This document shows, piece by piece, positions 29,015 through 39,161 of a DNA stretch of 64,000 nucleotides; the first letter of the stretch is position 1, and each line of letters begins with the position of its first letter. A program made the position numbers and the translations under genes. Source of the DNA: an uncultured archaeon (lineage in GTDB: Archaea; Asgardarchaeota; Lokiarchaeia; Sigyniarchaeales; SOKP01); the NCBI GenBank assembly GCA_964508365.1, contig CAZDTP010000007.1, positions 1 to 64,000 of the forward strand. Direction: 5' to 3'. The notes beneath the pieces are model-generated. The model saw only the letters and a list, made by a program, of their open reading frames with translations, was not told the origin of the DNA and searched no databases.

Positions 29015-29156
29015 AAAATCACATCATAGTATTAACTTGAATGTCTTTGTAATTTCTTTTACTTCTATAGAATATAAATTATAAATAGTACTTTTTATTT
29101 ATATTGCTTTTTATTATTGAATAAATTGCTATAAGTTAAAATGTGATAGATTACTA

Positions 29157-29633
29157 ATGGAATTTTTAGAAAAAATCAAAGAGATTATTACAAAATTTAC
29201 AAGTAGTAAAATCACCTTGGCCATTGCAGAATCCTGTACAGGAGGGTATATTTCGAATATGTTTACCAATATTTCTGGAGCCTCTAAAGTTTTTGAGAGG
29301 GGAATAATATGTTACAGCAATATGTCTAAAGTTGCACTATTGAATATTGATCCTAAAACTATAAATCAGCACGGAGCAGTATCGGAAACGGTAGCAAAAC
29401 AATTGGCGAATAATATTAGAGTCCTCTCCAATGTTGACATAGGAATTGGGATTACTGGCATCGCAGGACCTACGGGGGGTACGCCTGAGAAGCCTGTGGG
29501 GTTAGTATATATAGGGATTTCAACTTTTGATAAAACTTTCGTGGACAAACATCATTTTGATGTAGATCGGATAACTTTTAAGGTTAAAATATTGGAAAAA
29601 ATCCTCTTACTTTTACAGAATTTCATAAAATAA
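29157..29633 (+). CDS. pncC: CinA/PncC family NMN amidohydrolase
   Basis: AIAESCTGG, SGASKVF, GAVSETVA, GITGIAGPTGG. Confidence 0.88.
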   Translation: MEFLEKIKEIITKFTSSKITLAIAESCTGGYISNMFTNISGASKVFERGIICYSNMSKVALLNIDPKTINQHGAVSETVAKQLANNIRVLSNVDIGIGITGIAGPTGGTPEKPVGLVYIGISTFDKTFVDKHHFDVDRITFKVKILEKILLLLQNFIK

Positions 29634-29816
29634 CTCATCGACACTTATACTATCTTCTTAATTGTGGGGTAGAGAGGAATAAAAGATTTAAAGCGTTAAA
29701 AGAAGCATAAAAATGATGTATTAATCGTTAATAAAACCTTTTTCTTTAAATATCGAAATCCTAAAAATAATGTAGATTTCTATTTTGGTTAGAAATAAAA
29801 TGTGAAGGTCCTTTAG

Positions 29817-31052
29817 ATGAATGTTAAAAGGATTTATGGAATTTTTTTCTTAGTATATTTCACATTGGGAGTGTTTGAAGCGTATTTTGTTTTATACATT
29901 CCGTTGTTTTATTACGATATTTTGGCTGTTAATCGAAACAATTTAGCATTCATCCAATTTTTTGGGTATTTGTCCTTAATAATAACACCTATTTTTGCCT
30001 ACATTTTTGATGCTTATATAAAATCTGAACGAAATTATAAAATCTTTGTGTTTTTTTGCGTTATTTTGTTATGTTCGTGCTTCTTAAACTTTCTTATTAA
30101 TAAAAACATCCTATTATTGTATGGAATTTTTTTGGGAGTTTATTTTCTTAGCAGGATGTTTATTCGTACAATTATGAGTAAAGTTTTCCTCACACTTAGC
30201 GTAGAATCGCCAAAAATTAAAGACCATATAATATTAATCGTAAATGGGACAAGAACGGTTAGTTTTCTTTTAGTATCTTTGGCTTTCGATTTTGTTATTA
30301 AAGATGTTTACTCTTTACTACAATGGGAATTGTTCTTCGCGATTGGTTGGATGTTAACGTTACCATTGCTCTCTATAGTTCTGTTTTTGAGAAATAACAC
30401 TATATTCAGTGATCAAAATTTAAAAAGAAGTAATAACAATATTGAAAGCAAAAATAACAAGAAAAACCAAAAAAGGGTTTTGTGGTTTGTCGTTTTCTTA
30501 TATTTTGCTTTCTTTTTAGCGTCTTCAGATTTAATCTTTTTATCGTTAGTTAGATCGTGGGTTTTAACGAGATATAATGAACGTTCGTTAAGATTTTTCT
30601 TAGGGTTTTCTTATATAATCACAATATCTGCACTTCTTGGATATTACTTTGCTTCAAGAATCGCTAAAAGGGTAAGTAATATTTTTCTTCTCTTTATTTT
30701 TTGTTGCTTCTATTTATTTTTCCTTGTTCTCTTACCGTTCTCAAATTTCCCAGTGTTTTTAGTGCTTCAATGTGGTCTTGCATTTGTAGGTTTTATAGCT
30801 AATTATATGTATGCATCTATTGCTCAAACTATTTCAGTGAATAAGCGATATAAAACTTTTGTGTTTCAGATATTATTAACGTGCCAATCAATCGCTAGTA
30901 TTGTTTTTGTTCCTATAGGAACATCGTTATCTGCTCTTATTAGCGTGGAAATGTTGATTTTTTTCTCTTCAATCTTACTTGCCTTTTCTTGTGGAATTCA
31001 GTTAATTCTCGTATTGGTAAATAAAATCAAACAAATTAAAGAATTTAATTAA
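29817..31052 (+). CDS. MFS-like 12-TM transporter
   Basis: About 12 hydrophobic segments in two halves separated by a charged loop (KRSNNNIESKNNKKNQK). Confidence 0.7.
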   Translation: MNVKRIYGIFFLVYFTLGVFEAYFVLYIPLFYYDILAVNRNNLAFIQFFGYLSLIITPIFAYIFDAYIKSERNYKIFVFFCVILLCSCFLNFLINKNILLLYGIFLGVYFLSRMFIRTIMSKVFLTLSVESPKIKDHIILIVNGTRTVSFLLVSLAFDFVIKDVYSLLQWELFFAIGWMLTLPLLSIVLFLRNNTIFSDQNLKRSNNNIESKNNKKNQKRVLWFVVFLYFAFFLASSDLIFLSLVRSWVLTRYNERSLRFFLGFSYIITISALLGYYFASRIAKRVSNIFLLFIFCCFYLFFLVLLPFSNFPVFLVLQCGLAFVGFIANYMYASIAQTISVNKRYKTFVFQILLTCQSIASIVFVPIGTSLSALISVEMLIFFSSILLAFSCGIQLILVLVNKIKQIKEFN

Positions 31053-31173
31053 TAGTTTTTTTCCTATACTGATTATATGGTTTAATAATATTGGTTTAAT
31101 TAACTCTATTACAACTTCCTTTACTATTGAAAAGCCTTTATATTTCTTTTAAAAGTGTAAACAATGCTGATAA

Positions 31174-32355
31174 TTAAATTAATTTGCCTTTTTCCATTAT
31201 TAGTTTTTTTGTTCCATTTTTGTATTCAACAGTAATATTAACCTGAGGAGTCGTAACAAAATCCCAATGAATTTGTGAAACCGAAGTGCCTCCCATCATT
31301 TTATTTGAACCAAAAGCTAAATGTACGCTTCCATTGATCTTCTCGTCCGTTAGAATATAACCAATTGCTTTTGTTATTTCTGGATTGCATCCAATACCTA
31401 ATTCTGCAACATTATAAGTTCTTAACTCTGGTAAATTCTTCTCCTTATCAATTTTTTCGCTTTCTTTAAATGTATTAATTAAATCACTTTGATTCTCATC
31501 AGATGTAACTTCATCGATTAACAATTTTCCCTCCTTAAATCTTAAATGAGTGTTTTTAATGATCTTATTATTCATTCTGTCTCTAGTTAGGGGACAGAAA
31601 AGAGTACCTTCGCCAATTTTCTCGTGGGGAGGGAAAAACACTTCTCCTGCTGGTAAATTTCCTCCTAGTAATCCTAATGCTATTTGATCATCGGTAAGTA
31701 ATCCGTTATCTAAAATCATAGGCCGATCTTGAATTGTTACCATAAAGTCCGTCCCAAGATCATCTGAAACATATACATTTTTTGCATTTTCAAAGAAGCT
31801 TCCTAAATTTTTCGTAATTTCATCCATTTTATTTTGAGGAACGCTGATTCCACCTACTATGAATTTTTCTAATAAATCGTATTCAATATTATAATATTTG
31901 GCGGCTTTCCTCGAGGGCCATCCCGCATAGCACCACTTTTTCCCTGGCGCGTATTCTTCTTTAGCTCCATACAATATATCCTTCACAGGTGCATCATGCT
32001 TAATTTTTGCATTGAGCTTTTCTCTAGGGGCGTTACTTAAAACACCAGGGTCTTCGTAGAGTTCTATTACAATGTACGCGTCGATATTTTCGATTAATTT
32101 TCGGTAATGTAGAGGTGAAATTTCAAGAATATCACTTTTAATACTGTCATCCTGGTATATTGTATTTATGTAATTATCGCTGTTTGATATAATAACGGGA
32201 ATCCCATTGTTTCTATAGACACTCAGGGCAATTTCTTCCAGTAAATCTTGACTATAAGTACCACCCTTTACTAGGACATTTTCCCCTTTTTTTTGAATAT
32301 TAATAGCTTTTACAATATTTTTGGCACATAACTTAATTTTTTCTAATTCTACCAT
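31174..32355 (-). CDS. M29 thermophilic metallo-aminopeptidase (AmpS/PepS-like)
   Basis: NLPAGEVF, AELGIG, DEKINGSVHLAFG, IHWD. Confidence 0.9.
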   Translation of the reverse strand: MVELEKIKLCAKNIVKAINIQKKGENVLVKGGTYSQDLLEEIALSVYRNNGIPVIISNSDNYINTIYQDDSIKSDILEISPLHYRKLIENIDAYIVIELYEDPGVLSNAPREKLNAKIKHDAPVKDILYGAKEEYAPGKKWCYAGWPSRKAAKYYNIEYDLLEKFIVGGISVPQNKMDEITKNLGSFFENAKNVYVSDDLGTDFMVTIQDRPMILDNGLLTDDQIALGLLGGNLPAGEVFFPPHEKIGEGTLFCPLTRDRMNNKIIKNTHLRFKEGKLLIDEVTSDENQSDLINTFKESEKIDKEKNLPELRTYNVAELGIGCNPEITKAIGYILTDEKINGSVHLAFGSNKMMGGTSVSQIHWDFVTTPQVNITVEYKNGTKKLIMEKGKLI

Positions 32356-32594
32356 ATTTCAATTAATTTTTTTTCTAATATTAATTTTAAACATCTTAAC
32401 AAAAATGCCAAAATGATATTTTTGGTTTTCTTCTATATACTCTAACAGTTCTGATGACAAGCCTAAAACATGAAAAAATATCTTTAACAGCATTAGATTT
32501 ATTACAAAGAATTGTTTTAAATTAAATATCAATAGGTTGAATTCTTAATGAGACCAAAGTATATCGCAGCTATAATAAAAGGTAACTTAGAATT

Positions 32595-33059
32595 ATGGTA
32601 ATTCGAGAAGTAGGTTTATTATTTAGGGGATTTACTTTAGTAAAGAGAAGTTACCATAAAACTAGTTTAGGAAAAATTGATGCTGATTTAAGAAGCGGTT
32701 TGCTCACAGCACTCTTAAATTTTGCTGAAACCGCATTCTCTACGGGATCTGTCGAGTACTTTCAAGGTAATAGATTTACAATCGCGTTTATAAACGCAAG
32801 CATCTTAGCAGACGACAGCATTGACCCTGAATTATTAATTTCATATGCTATTATAGATAAACAGAAAAAGATTGACAAATATGTGAACAAATTAGTCAAT
32901 CCCCTATTAGTTAAGGTTGCGGAGAATTTTAAAACACAGAACGAAGGTAAAAATTTATCTGAGGTATCTCAGTTCAGATTTTTTAAAAAAAACCTGGATG
33001 AAATTTTCGGATCGAATACAAAAAAAATTGATCAAAAGTTAGACGGTTTGTTTTATTAA
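32595..33059 (+). CDS. Stand-alone longin-like domain protein
   Basis: IREVGLLFRGFTLV hairpin, DLRSGLLTALLNFAE helix, VEYF....FTIAF strands. Confidence 0.65.
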   Translation: MVIREVGLLFRGFTLVKRSYHKTSLGKIDADLRSGLLTALLNFAETAFSTGSVEYFQGNRFTIAFINASILADDSIDPELLISYAIIDKQKKIDKYVNKLVNPLLVKVAENFKTQNEGKNLSEVSQFRFFKKNLDEIFGSNTKKIDQKLDGLFY

Positions 33060-33097
33060 AATTATTAATTCTATTTATTTGAACTAAAGAATAAATT

Positions 33098-34051
33098 TTA
33101 AAAAGAACTTTTTTTTAAAAACCATAATATCAAAGGTAGAGCTATAGTTGCATCTGAAATAATCGTAGAGAATTTTGCGTTTTGATTTACTTTTCCCCAA
33201 GAAATAGCTTCGTGTAAAGTCGCTCCACTAAGACCACCCTGTTCTGGACGATCCATAGTTATCTGAATCGCATATTGTGCAGAGTTCGGGCAGAATTGAA
33301 GCGATTGCATAATAAAATTTTTAGGCACACCCCCACCAACAATGCAAATGCCAGCATGCTTTGCATCCCAAGCCAAGTTAACCATATTAAGCATGTCTTT
33401 AAAGTGATTAAGGTTTAAATTTTGAAAGTGGAAACCTAGTTGAAGTGCTAAACCAGAGTCAGTAAATGCAGGACAAAAAATTGGAATATTTTTTTCTGCA
33501 CATATCTTTAAAATAGATTTATTATCTGAGGGTAGATTATCCCCAAGGTACTTTAAAAAAGAACTAACGGACATATCATTACTAGGAATTTTTAGCTGGG
33601 ATACAAAATCTTCGATACCCTCGTACACTTTATTTGGTAAGTATACATCGTAGATTCTATTAAGGGATTGGTTGTGCAACTCAGAATCATTAACATCTTT
33701 AATGTTTAGTTCTCCTTGTAAATGGTGAAAACCAAGAGTTTCAGCTATATCGTGAGTCAAGGAAGCACCTGTAGTAACAAGTATATCAATAAATCCTTCT
33801 TCTATAAAATCGTGAATAACTTTCTGCATCCCTGCTGGCACTAATGCCCCAGCAAGCCCAAAAAATTTAACACAATCTCCATCTCTAATCATTTCCTTAT
33901 AAATTTCGCACGCAACGGCTAATCTCTTTGCGTTAAAACCTGTGTTTCCTAAAGATTGAATAAATGTAGTAATGTCTCCATTCTCGTCTATCTCAATTTG
34001 TTCTACCTCTTTCAATTTCTTTTTCAATTCGTCATCTGGCATTTTTTTCAA
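33098..34051 (-). CDS. dys: Deoxyhypusine synthase
   Basis: GFNAKRL, TTGASLTHD, PIFCPAFTDSG, GGGVPKNF, GGLSGATLHEAISWGK (catalytic Lys). Confidence 0.95.
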   Translation of the reverse strand: MKKMPDDELKKKLKEVEQIEIDENGDITTFIQSLGNTGFNAKRLAVACEIYKEMIRDGDCVKFFGLAGALVPAGMQKVIHDFIEEGFIDILVTTGASLTHDIAETLGFHHLQGELNIKDVNDSELHNQSLNRIYDVYLPNKVYEGIEDFVSQLKIPSNDMSVSSFLKYLGDNLPSDNKSILKICAEKNIPIFCPAFTDSGLALQLGFHFQNLNLNHFKDMLNMVNLAWDAKHAGICIVGGGVPKNFIMQSLQFCPNSAQYAIQITMDRPEQGGLSGATLHEAISWGKVNQNAKFSTIISDATIALPLILWFLKKSSF

Positions 34052-34052
34052 C

Positions 34053-34955
34053 TCATTTGCTGCTTAAAATAAAATACATTAATTCTACCATTATTTTTGC
34101 TGCCACATTTAAAGTTATATTATTTGGTAAATCTAAGGAAGGTGAAACTTCAACGATATCAAAACCAATTATATTAACATTTTTACTGACTTCTCTGAGG
34201 ATTTTCCATACTTCACGATAAGTAAAACCTCCAGGAATAGCATAACCTGTTCCCGGTGCTATAGATGGATCTAGTACATCGATATCAATCGAAATATATA
34301 TGTCCTCTATATCAGATTTTTCAAAAAATTCAATAATCTTCTCTGTAAATGAATTAACTCCTATATCGTGAAGCAGATAAGAGTTGAAATAGATTATATT
34401 GTTAGTTCTTGCGATTTTCAACTCAGGAATATCAACATCTCTTGTACCAATTATTAATAAGTTTTTATTTGAGATAAAATCCAAACTATGGATGAGGTGG
34501 GAAACAGTTGCATGAGAATAGACATTCTCTTGATATTTTTCATACAAGTCAAGATGGGCATCTAAGATAAGAACTCCTAACTTCTTTGGATTTCTAATAG
34601 AGTCTCCTATTGCTTTTATAACCGGATAGGTACAAAAGTGATCACCTCCAACCATAACTGGAATGATATCCTTTTTTTTCTCATATAACGATTTTACAAA
34701 ATCACCAATTTCTCGGATGTTCTTTTTTATGTTATTAGGATCAATCACAACATTCCCAGCGTCTATAAACTTTAATTTTGGTATTTCAAATCCCATTTCT
34801 GTTGTTAAAGCTAAGTGTTCTGAAATTATCCGTATTTTTTGAGGTGATTTGGAAGAGTTCGTATTTTCAATAGAAGTTAAGTTATCCCAAGGAATTCCAA
34901 AAATGACGAAATTCGTATCATTTTCTATTATTTCTCCAGAATCAAAAAAATTCAC
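34053..34955 (-). CDS. speB: Agmatinase (ureohydrolase)
   Basis: GGDH, DAHLD, YSHAT, SIDIDVLDPSIAPGTG, GFDIVEV. Confidence 0.88.
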   Translation of the reverse strand: MNFFDSGEIIENDTNFVIFGIPWDNLTSIENTNSSKSPQKIRIISEHLALTTEMGFEIPKLKFIDAGNVVIDPNNIKKNIREIGDFVKSLYEKKKDIIPVMVGGDHFCTYPVIKAIGDSIRNPKKLGVLILDAHLDLYEKYQENVYSHATVSHLIHSLDFISNKNLLIIGTRDVDIPELKIARTNNIIYFNSYLLHDIGVNSFTEKIIEFFEKSDIEDIYISIDIDVLDPSIAPGTGYAIPGGFTYREVWKILREVSKNVNIIGFDIVEVSPSLDLPNNITLNVAAKIMVELMYFILSSK

Positions 34956-34979
34956 TTTTCATACCTCTTTATTAATTAA

Positions 34980-36695
34980 TTACATTTGCTCCAAAACATC
35001 TATACCCAGGATATGCAAACCAATCCCAATTACGATTTGAACGCATTTAATCAACAATAATCTCGCTTTTTCTAATTCATCATCACTAGATAAGACCTGA
35101 CAAGAAGAATAAAACGAATTGAACGCTTGGCATAAAGTTAAAAGATACTGAGGAATCTGGTGAATAGTATAATTTTTTCTCACTGAATTCAAGATTTCGG
35201 GGAAGTAGTTTAGTTGCCTAACCAAAGATAGCTCATTCTCGTGGTTGATTAAATCCCAATTTACATTTAAATCGATTTTTTTTTTCGATTTAACTATTAT
35301 CGATTCAATTCTCGCATAACAATACTGAATGTAAGGACCTGTTTCGCCTTCAAATGAGATGCTCTCTTTAGGATTGAAAACAAAATCGGATTTTGGATTA
35401 AATTTAAGTATAAAAAAAGATAATGCAGCCAATCCGATTGCGGTAGCTCTTTCTTTTTTTGTTTTTTCCGTAAGATCAGGATATCTTTTATTTACTTCCT
35501 TAAAGGCTAAAGTTTGCATTTTTTCGATGATATCATCCGCATCAACTATAGTTCCTTCCCTACTTTTCATTTTACCTTCAGGTAAATAAACCATACCATA
35601 TGATAAATGAAATTTATCTTCTTTAAAACCCATCATGTCTAAAACAGCAAATAACTGCTTGAAGTAGAGGTCCTGTTCGTTTCCAACTACATATATCGAT
35701 TTGTCATAATCAAAATCTTTCTTTTTTTGATAAGCTAAGTAGATATCCTGGGTTATATATAAAGAGGTTCCGTCTTTTCTCATAAGAATCTTATCTGGTA
35801 AGTTAAAGTTTTCTTTTAGATGAGCGATAATCGCTCCGTCATCAGTTTTATTAAAAAATCCCTTTTCTAAACCCTCTAAAACCTTTTCTTTACCCTTCCA
35901 ATAAATATCCGACTCAAAATATTCTTTTTCGAACGAAATGTTCAATACTTTGTATGTCTCCTTAAACCCCTCAAGTGCCCAAAAATTCATTTTTTTCCAA
36001 AGTTCTCTAGTATTAGTATCGTTATCTTCCCACAATTTTAATAGATCGTATACTTCTTCTATAATTTTACCGTTCTTCTTTTCCATTTCAGCATATTTAA
36101 CATAGAACTCTCCAACGAAGTGATCTGATTTGATGTCTGGCTCCTTGTTGTTGCCCCATTTTTTGTAAGCATACATCGATTTACATATATGGATACCTCT
36201 ATCGTTGTTTAAGTTGACATCGAACACAATATCACCTTTATATTTTAAACAACTCGAAAGAGAGCGACTTATTAACATATTGCGGATGTGTCCAAAATGA
36301 AGTGGCTTATTTGTATTTGGTGCGGGGTATTCTATTACTATTCTTGAAGGGATTATCTGATTTATCCCAAATTCTTCATAAATTCTTCCATATTTCTCTT
36401 TCAATGTAAAAATCTGCTCAAGAAGCGCTTGTGGTTTTATTATGAAATTGATATATGGACCATCTGCTTTTATAATTTTTAAGTATTCAGGTAATTCTAA
36501 CTGTTCTTCTAATTCTTTGGCAATTTGCTGAGGTGGTTTCTTTTTAATTTTAGCAAGATGAAAACATGGAAATGCATAACTATAATTTAAATCTTGAGGG
36601 GGTATTTCAATGAAATTTTTAATCTCCTGTTTCGAAAAATTGGGGAGATAATCGCTTAAATATTCGGCGATTCTATTTTTATCGATTATTATCAT
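34980..36695 (-). CDS. argS: Arginyl-tRNA synthetase
   Basis: PNTNKPLHFGHIRN (HIGH), KDGTSLYITQD, GKMKSREG, GETGPYIQY, DALR-type C-domain. Confidence 0.97.
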   Translation of the reverse strand: MIIIDKNRIAEYLSDYLPNFSKQEIKNFIEIPPQDLNYSYAFPCFHLAKIKKKPPQQIAKELEEQLELPEYLKIIKADGPYINFIIKPQALLEQIFTLKEKYGRIYEEFGINQIIPSRIVIEYPAPNTNKPLHFGHIRNMLISRSLSSCLKYKGDIVFDVNLNNDRGIHICKSMYAYKKWGNNKEPDIKSDHFVGEFYVKYAEMEKKNGKIIEEVYDLLKLWEDNDTNTRELWKKMNFWALEGFKETYKVLNISFEKEYFESDIYWKGKEKVLEGLEKGFFNKTDDGAIIAHLKENFNLPDKILMRKDGTSLYITQDIYLAYQKKKDFDYDKSIYVVGNEQDLYFKQLFAVLDMMGFKEDKFHLSYGMVYLPEGKMKSREGTIVDADDIIEKMQTLAFKEVNKRYPDLTEKTKKERATAIGLAALSFFILKFNPKSDFVFNPKESISFEGETGPYIQYCYARIESIIVKSKKKIDLNVNWDLINHENELSLVRQLNYFPEILNSVRKNYTIHQIPQYLLTLCQAFNSFYSSCQVLSSDDELEKARLLLIKCVQIVIGIGLHILGIDVLEQM

Positions 36696-36824
36696 TTTAT
36701 ATGTTTTAAAAGTATACCAAAATTCTAATTATTGCTGATTGCAACTTTTATCTGTTTTGTTAAATATATTTAGTTTAACTCATAAAATTTATGATATTGA
36801 ATTATTAAGACGGTTGATTTAGTA

Positions 36825-38039
36825 ATGTCATTTAAACAAGAAGCTAGAAAACTTTATCCTAAATGGCCTATCTATAATGATAAAGAGATAAAAGCATTGA
36901 CTGAAGTTATAAAATCTGGAGAGTGGTGGTGTGGTGCTCCTGGTGCTCATCAAGGTAATAATGTTTGGGCGTTTCAAGATGATTTTGCTCAGCTTCAAGG
37001 ATCTGAATATTGTGTAGCAGTATGTAATGGAACTGTTGCAATAGAAGCCGCTCTCATGGCATTAGATGTAGGATTAGGGGACGAAGTAATTGTTTCTGAT
37101 TACACTTTTGTAGCATCTGCATCCGCAGTTATAGCAACAAACGCCGTTCCCATATTTTGTGATATTAATCCCAATACATTCGTAATGGATGTGTATAAAG
37201 TTGAAGAACTTATAACTGAAAGAACTAAAGCAATTATTCCAGTACATTTAGGGGGTAATCCGGTTAACATGGAGCATCTTATGGAGTTGGCATTGAATTA
37301 CGATTTAAAAGTTGTCGAAGATTGTGCTCACGCTCATGGTTCAGATTTTAAAGGTAAAAAAGTTGGGAATTGGGGGGACGCTGGCACATTTAGCTTTCAA
37401 GCTTCAAAAGTTCTTACAAGTGGAGAAGGAGGAGCTATAATTTGTAATTCTGAAGAATTAGCTGATAATATTTATTCTTATATTGACTGTGGGCGAAAAA
37501 AGAATCAACATTTCTATAAGCATTTCTCATATGGAACGAATTATAGAATGACAGAATACCAAGCAGCAGTTTTAAGAGCTCAATTAAAAAAATTCCCAGA
37601 CCAACATAAGCTACGAAATGAAAATGCCCAATACTTTATGAAAAAGCTAAACGAGATTAATGGGATAAAAACAATGAAACCTACACCTGGAACCACCAGC
37701 TTAGGGTGGTACGTATTTCCTATAGTATTTGAACTTAAAGAGTTTGGAGGTATAACGAAGTCAGAATTTTATAAAAAATTAAATAGAAATGGGATCCCTA
37801 CTGATGATTGTTACCCCCCTTTACATAGTTTAGATTGCTTCAAAACTACTAATTTAAAAAAAAGAATTGATTATTCTCGGGCTAATTGGGGAGGAGAAAA
37901 AAGTAACAATACAAATTTTCCAATTGTTTCTGATATTTATTCAAGAAGTATAGAATTCCCCCAGGAAATGTTATTAGCTAACAAAGAACAATTGGATAAT
38001 GTTGTAGACTTTATCAAATCCTTAAAAGAGAAGGATTAA
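36825..38039 (+). CDS. DegT/DnrJ/EryC1/StrS aminotransferase
   Basis: CNGTVAI, EDCAHAHG, SFQASKVLTSGEGG, GTNYRMTE. Confidence 0.92.
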   Translation: MSFKQEARKLYPKWPIYNDKEIKALTEVIKSGEWWCGAPGAHQGNNVWAFQDDFAQLQGSEYCVAVCNGTVAIEAALMALDVGLGDEVIVSDYTFVASASAVIATNAVPIFCDINPNTFVMDVYKVEELITERTKAIIPVHLGGNPVNMEHLMELALNYDLKVVEDCAHAHGSDFKGKKVGNWGDAGTFSFQASKVLTSGEGGAIICNSEELADNIYSYIDCGRKKNQHFYKHFSYGTNYRMTEYQAAVLRAQLKKFPDQHKLRNENAQYFMKKLNEINGIKTMKPTPGTTSLGWYVFPIVFELKEFGGITKSEFYKKLNRNGIPTDDCYPPLHSLDCFKTTNLKKRIDYSRANWGGEKSNNTNFPIVSDIYSRSIEFPQEMLLANKEQLDNVVDFIKSLKEKD

Positions 38040-38048
38040 GAAGTAAGA

Positions 38049-39092
38049 TTAAACCACTTCTTCTAATTTTTTAGATATTGCACTTTTATACATCGTTTCA
38101 ACAATATTTAAAATTTTATAACCGTAATTGCTATTAGTAAGCGGTTTTTGATTATATAATATACAATCGATAAAGTGAGCAATCTCTTGAGGATAACCAA
38201 AAGACCATGCCTCAGTAGGAACGGGAAAGGTCCATCCTTTTGTTGTTTCAGCTTTTTCTACAGCATAGCCATACCCGTTTTTACTATACACATTTAATAA
38301 ATTAGAAAAAGTAGGTGAAACTTTGATTTGACCTTCAGTACCAAACAGTTCAAATCGCATGTCATAGCCTCCAGGAGCTGTCCACGACTCTTCAATTACT
38401 ACTTGAGCATCGTTTTCAAAATATAGAACCCCGATTGCGTTATCCTCAACTTCGCAAGTTCCAAAAACCCCTCGATCTGATTTAATTGTCTTAATTTGAC
38501 AGAATACTTCTTTAACTTCACATTCTAGATACCAAACTAAACACGCGATATCGTGAATTCCTAAATCTAATAACGCACCACCTCCAGAATCTTCTAACTT
38601 GTAAAACCATCGAGAATGTGGTCCAGAATGTTGTTCTTTTCCTCTCCCCATATATATGTCACCTAGAGCGCCCTCCTTAATAATTTCCTTAACCTTGCTA
38701 AATGAGGGAGCATACATGTTGTTTTCGCAATAGAAAATTGTTCTATTCGAAGAATTTTCTACATCTAACATTTCATCTGCTTCTTTAATGTTTCTAGCTA
38801 AAGGTTTCTCTACGAGTGCATGTTTTCCTGAGTTCAAGATATTACAAGTTACTTCTTTATGCAAATTATTAGGAACACATGCAGAAATAGCATCACATTC
38901 CAATTTTAGTAAGTCTTCATAATTCTTATAGTAGTTATTGATAATATGATATTTTTTCATTAAACTATTGGCTTCATCTTTATTATTTGACGCTATTCCC
39001 ACAATTTCTACATTTGGTAGTAAGGAATATGAATAGCAATGATGGTCAGCAATAAAACCGGACCCAATAATACCTACTTTAATCTTATTCAT
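38049..39092 (-). CDS. Gfo/Idh/MocA family oxidoreductase
   Basis: GIIGSGFIA, VEKPLA, GGGALLDLGIH. Confidence 0.92.
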   Translation of the reverse strand: MNKIKVGIIGSGFIADHHCYSYSLLPNVEIVGIASNNKDEANSLMKKYHIINNYYKNYEDLLKLECDAISACVPNNLHKEVTCNILNSGKHALVEKPLARNIKEADEMLDVENSSNRTIFYCENNMYAPSFSKVKEIIKEGALGDIYMGRGKEQHSGPHSRWFYKLEDSGGGALLDLGIHDIACLVWYLECEVKEVFCQIKTIKSDRGVFGTCEVEDNAIGVLYFENDAQVVIEESWTAPGGYDMRFELFGTEGQIKVSPTFSNLLNVYSKNGYGYAVEKAETTKGWTFPVPTEAWSFGYPQEIAHFIDCILYNQKPLTNSNYGYKILNIVETMYKSAISKKLEEVV

Positions 39093-39161
39093 TTTAATCC
39101 TCTCTTAATAATTCTGATTAATAATAATTTAGGTTTTCAAATTTATAATTATCGTTTGATT

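Noticed and set aside
32451-32457. CTGATGA box C-like motif (C/D sRNA)
   Set aside because: No box D (CTGA) or C'/D' at suitable spacing.
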